NCBI GenBank assembly: GCA_024346625.1
Contig: AP024667.1
Coordinates: 496,001-560,000 of the forward strand
Direction of reading: 5' to 3'
Source of the DNA: Williopsis jadinii
Lineage: Eukaryota
DNA length: 64,000 nucleotides
Made by a program: the position numbers and the translations under genes. This document shows, one piece after another, positions 63,208 to 64,000 of the stretch. The stretch's first letter is position 1; every line of letters starts with the position of its first letter. The notes under the pieces were generated by a model. That model did not search any database, was not told where the DNA came from, and was given only the letters and a program-made list of their open reading frames with translations.

Positions 63208-64000
63208 GAAATGGTGATTCCCGGGAAACAGAGACGATGTGCTAACCTTCCACAGTTGATCACACACAGACACAAACGCTTATATACACACGGTATGGTT
63301 GCAATGCCAATTCCAACGCTGAGATGAAGAAGAGTGAGTGCTATGGTGATTAAACTGGAGAGAGACGCCCGTAGGCTCGCGTGCGCCACACACATGGCAG
63401 TGGCCAATTCCGGGGGTGAATGGGCCGGAACTGGTGCTTTCCCGGCTCGCTCCGTCGGCCTTGAAAATCACCATGGTAACGGATTAACTCTATGCGTGCC
63501 GCAGCAGGGAACTGACCCCCCCCCCCCTAAAACTGCACCGATGCTACAGAGAGATCAAGGCCAGGTCCGTCGCGTTTACTCAGCTGCCACCGGTGACTCC
63601 ACGACGCTGTAACAACACATCAACCGCTTCTGACGCCGTTTCGCACCCAAACGAGCTGTGTTGTGGCCTGCAATTGTGCTGTGACGGTGTTGAAGAAGCA
63701 GGAGCAGCATCAGCAGCAGCATCAGCGGCAGAAAGAACTCCCCCCCCCCAGCGCAAGCGAACAAGCCCACGGAGAAAACACAGAGGAAGAACGGGCGGAT
63801 TTAAAATTTTCAATTTTAGGTGTTGCAACCCCTTATCAAAGCAACAAACAAAGCAAACGACTCAAATACCAAAAGGGCGGTTAGATATACCCACAGCGCT
63901 CTACTTTTCTTTCTTCTACGGAAATACATCGTGTCGAAACTGTTAGCTTAAACGTGAAGAGCTCTTAGCGGTACAAGTAATGGTTTCTTTCAAGAACTTA

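Noticed and set aside
63334..63946. Short ORFs near the window end
   Set aside because: Low-complexity promoter-like sequence (C-runs, CAG repeats) with no protein motifs.

Overview
A compact, nearly intron-free budding-yeast (Saccharomycotina) chromosome segment. Gene content (DES1, a DAL1 outside any DAL cluster), standard-code ORFs and a GGGTGTCT-type motif suggest a Cyberlindnera/Phaffomycetaceae-like species; this is inference. It holds about 30 protein genes (Mrr1-like TF, IDP2, PDX3, RAD61, PSF1, DBP7, FEX1, HED1-like, atypical Rho, DAD1, TRM2, AMD1, HEM13, DES1, TAF4, RCL1, MVP1, COQ10, MDM12, a J-protein, AIM34, MIX17, an NCS1 permease, BUD14, KAP104, DAL1, a p24/ERP gene, CDC7, two uncharacterised genes, DPP3) and one tRNA-Arg(UCU). 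The main discovery is the gap with no credible protein gene at ~12.0-13.3 kb, which reads on the minus strand as a ~1.3 kb telomerase RNA (TER/TLC1). It has a 15-nt template, a template-boundary helix, a K. lactis-like triple-helix pseudoknot and a 5'/3' closing helix. Its 3' end is marked by a 5' splice site and branch point with no nearby 3' splice site, the spliceosomal-cleavage signature. Also notable: a ~7 kb gene desert after CDC7 among orthologues of centromere-linked genes (candidate centromere), a 150-bp 85% AT island, a Hed1/RAD51AP1-motif protein, and a Rho GTPase with degenerate catalytic motifs. All RNA pairings were derived by eye and all homology calls are from recall, not database searches.
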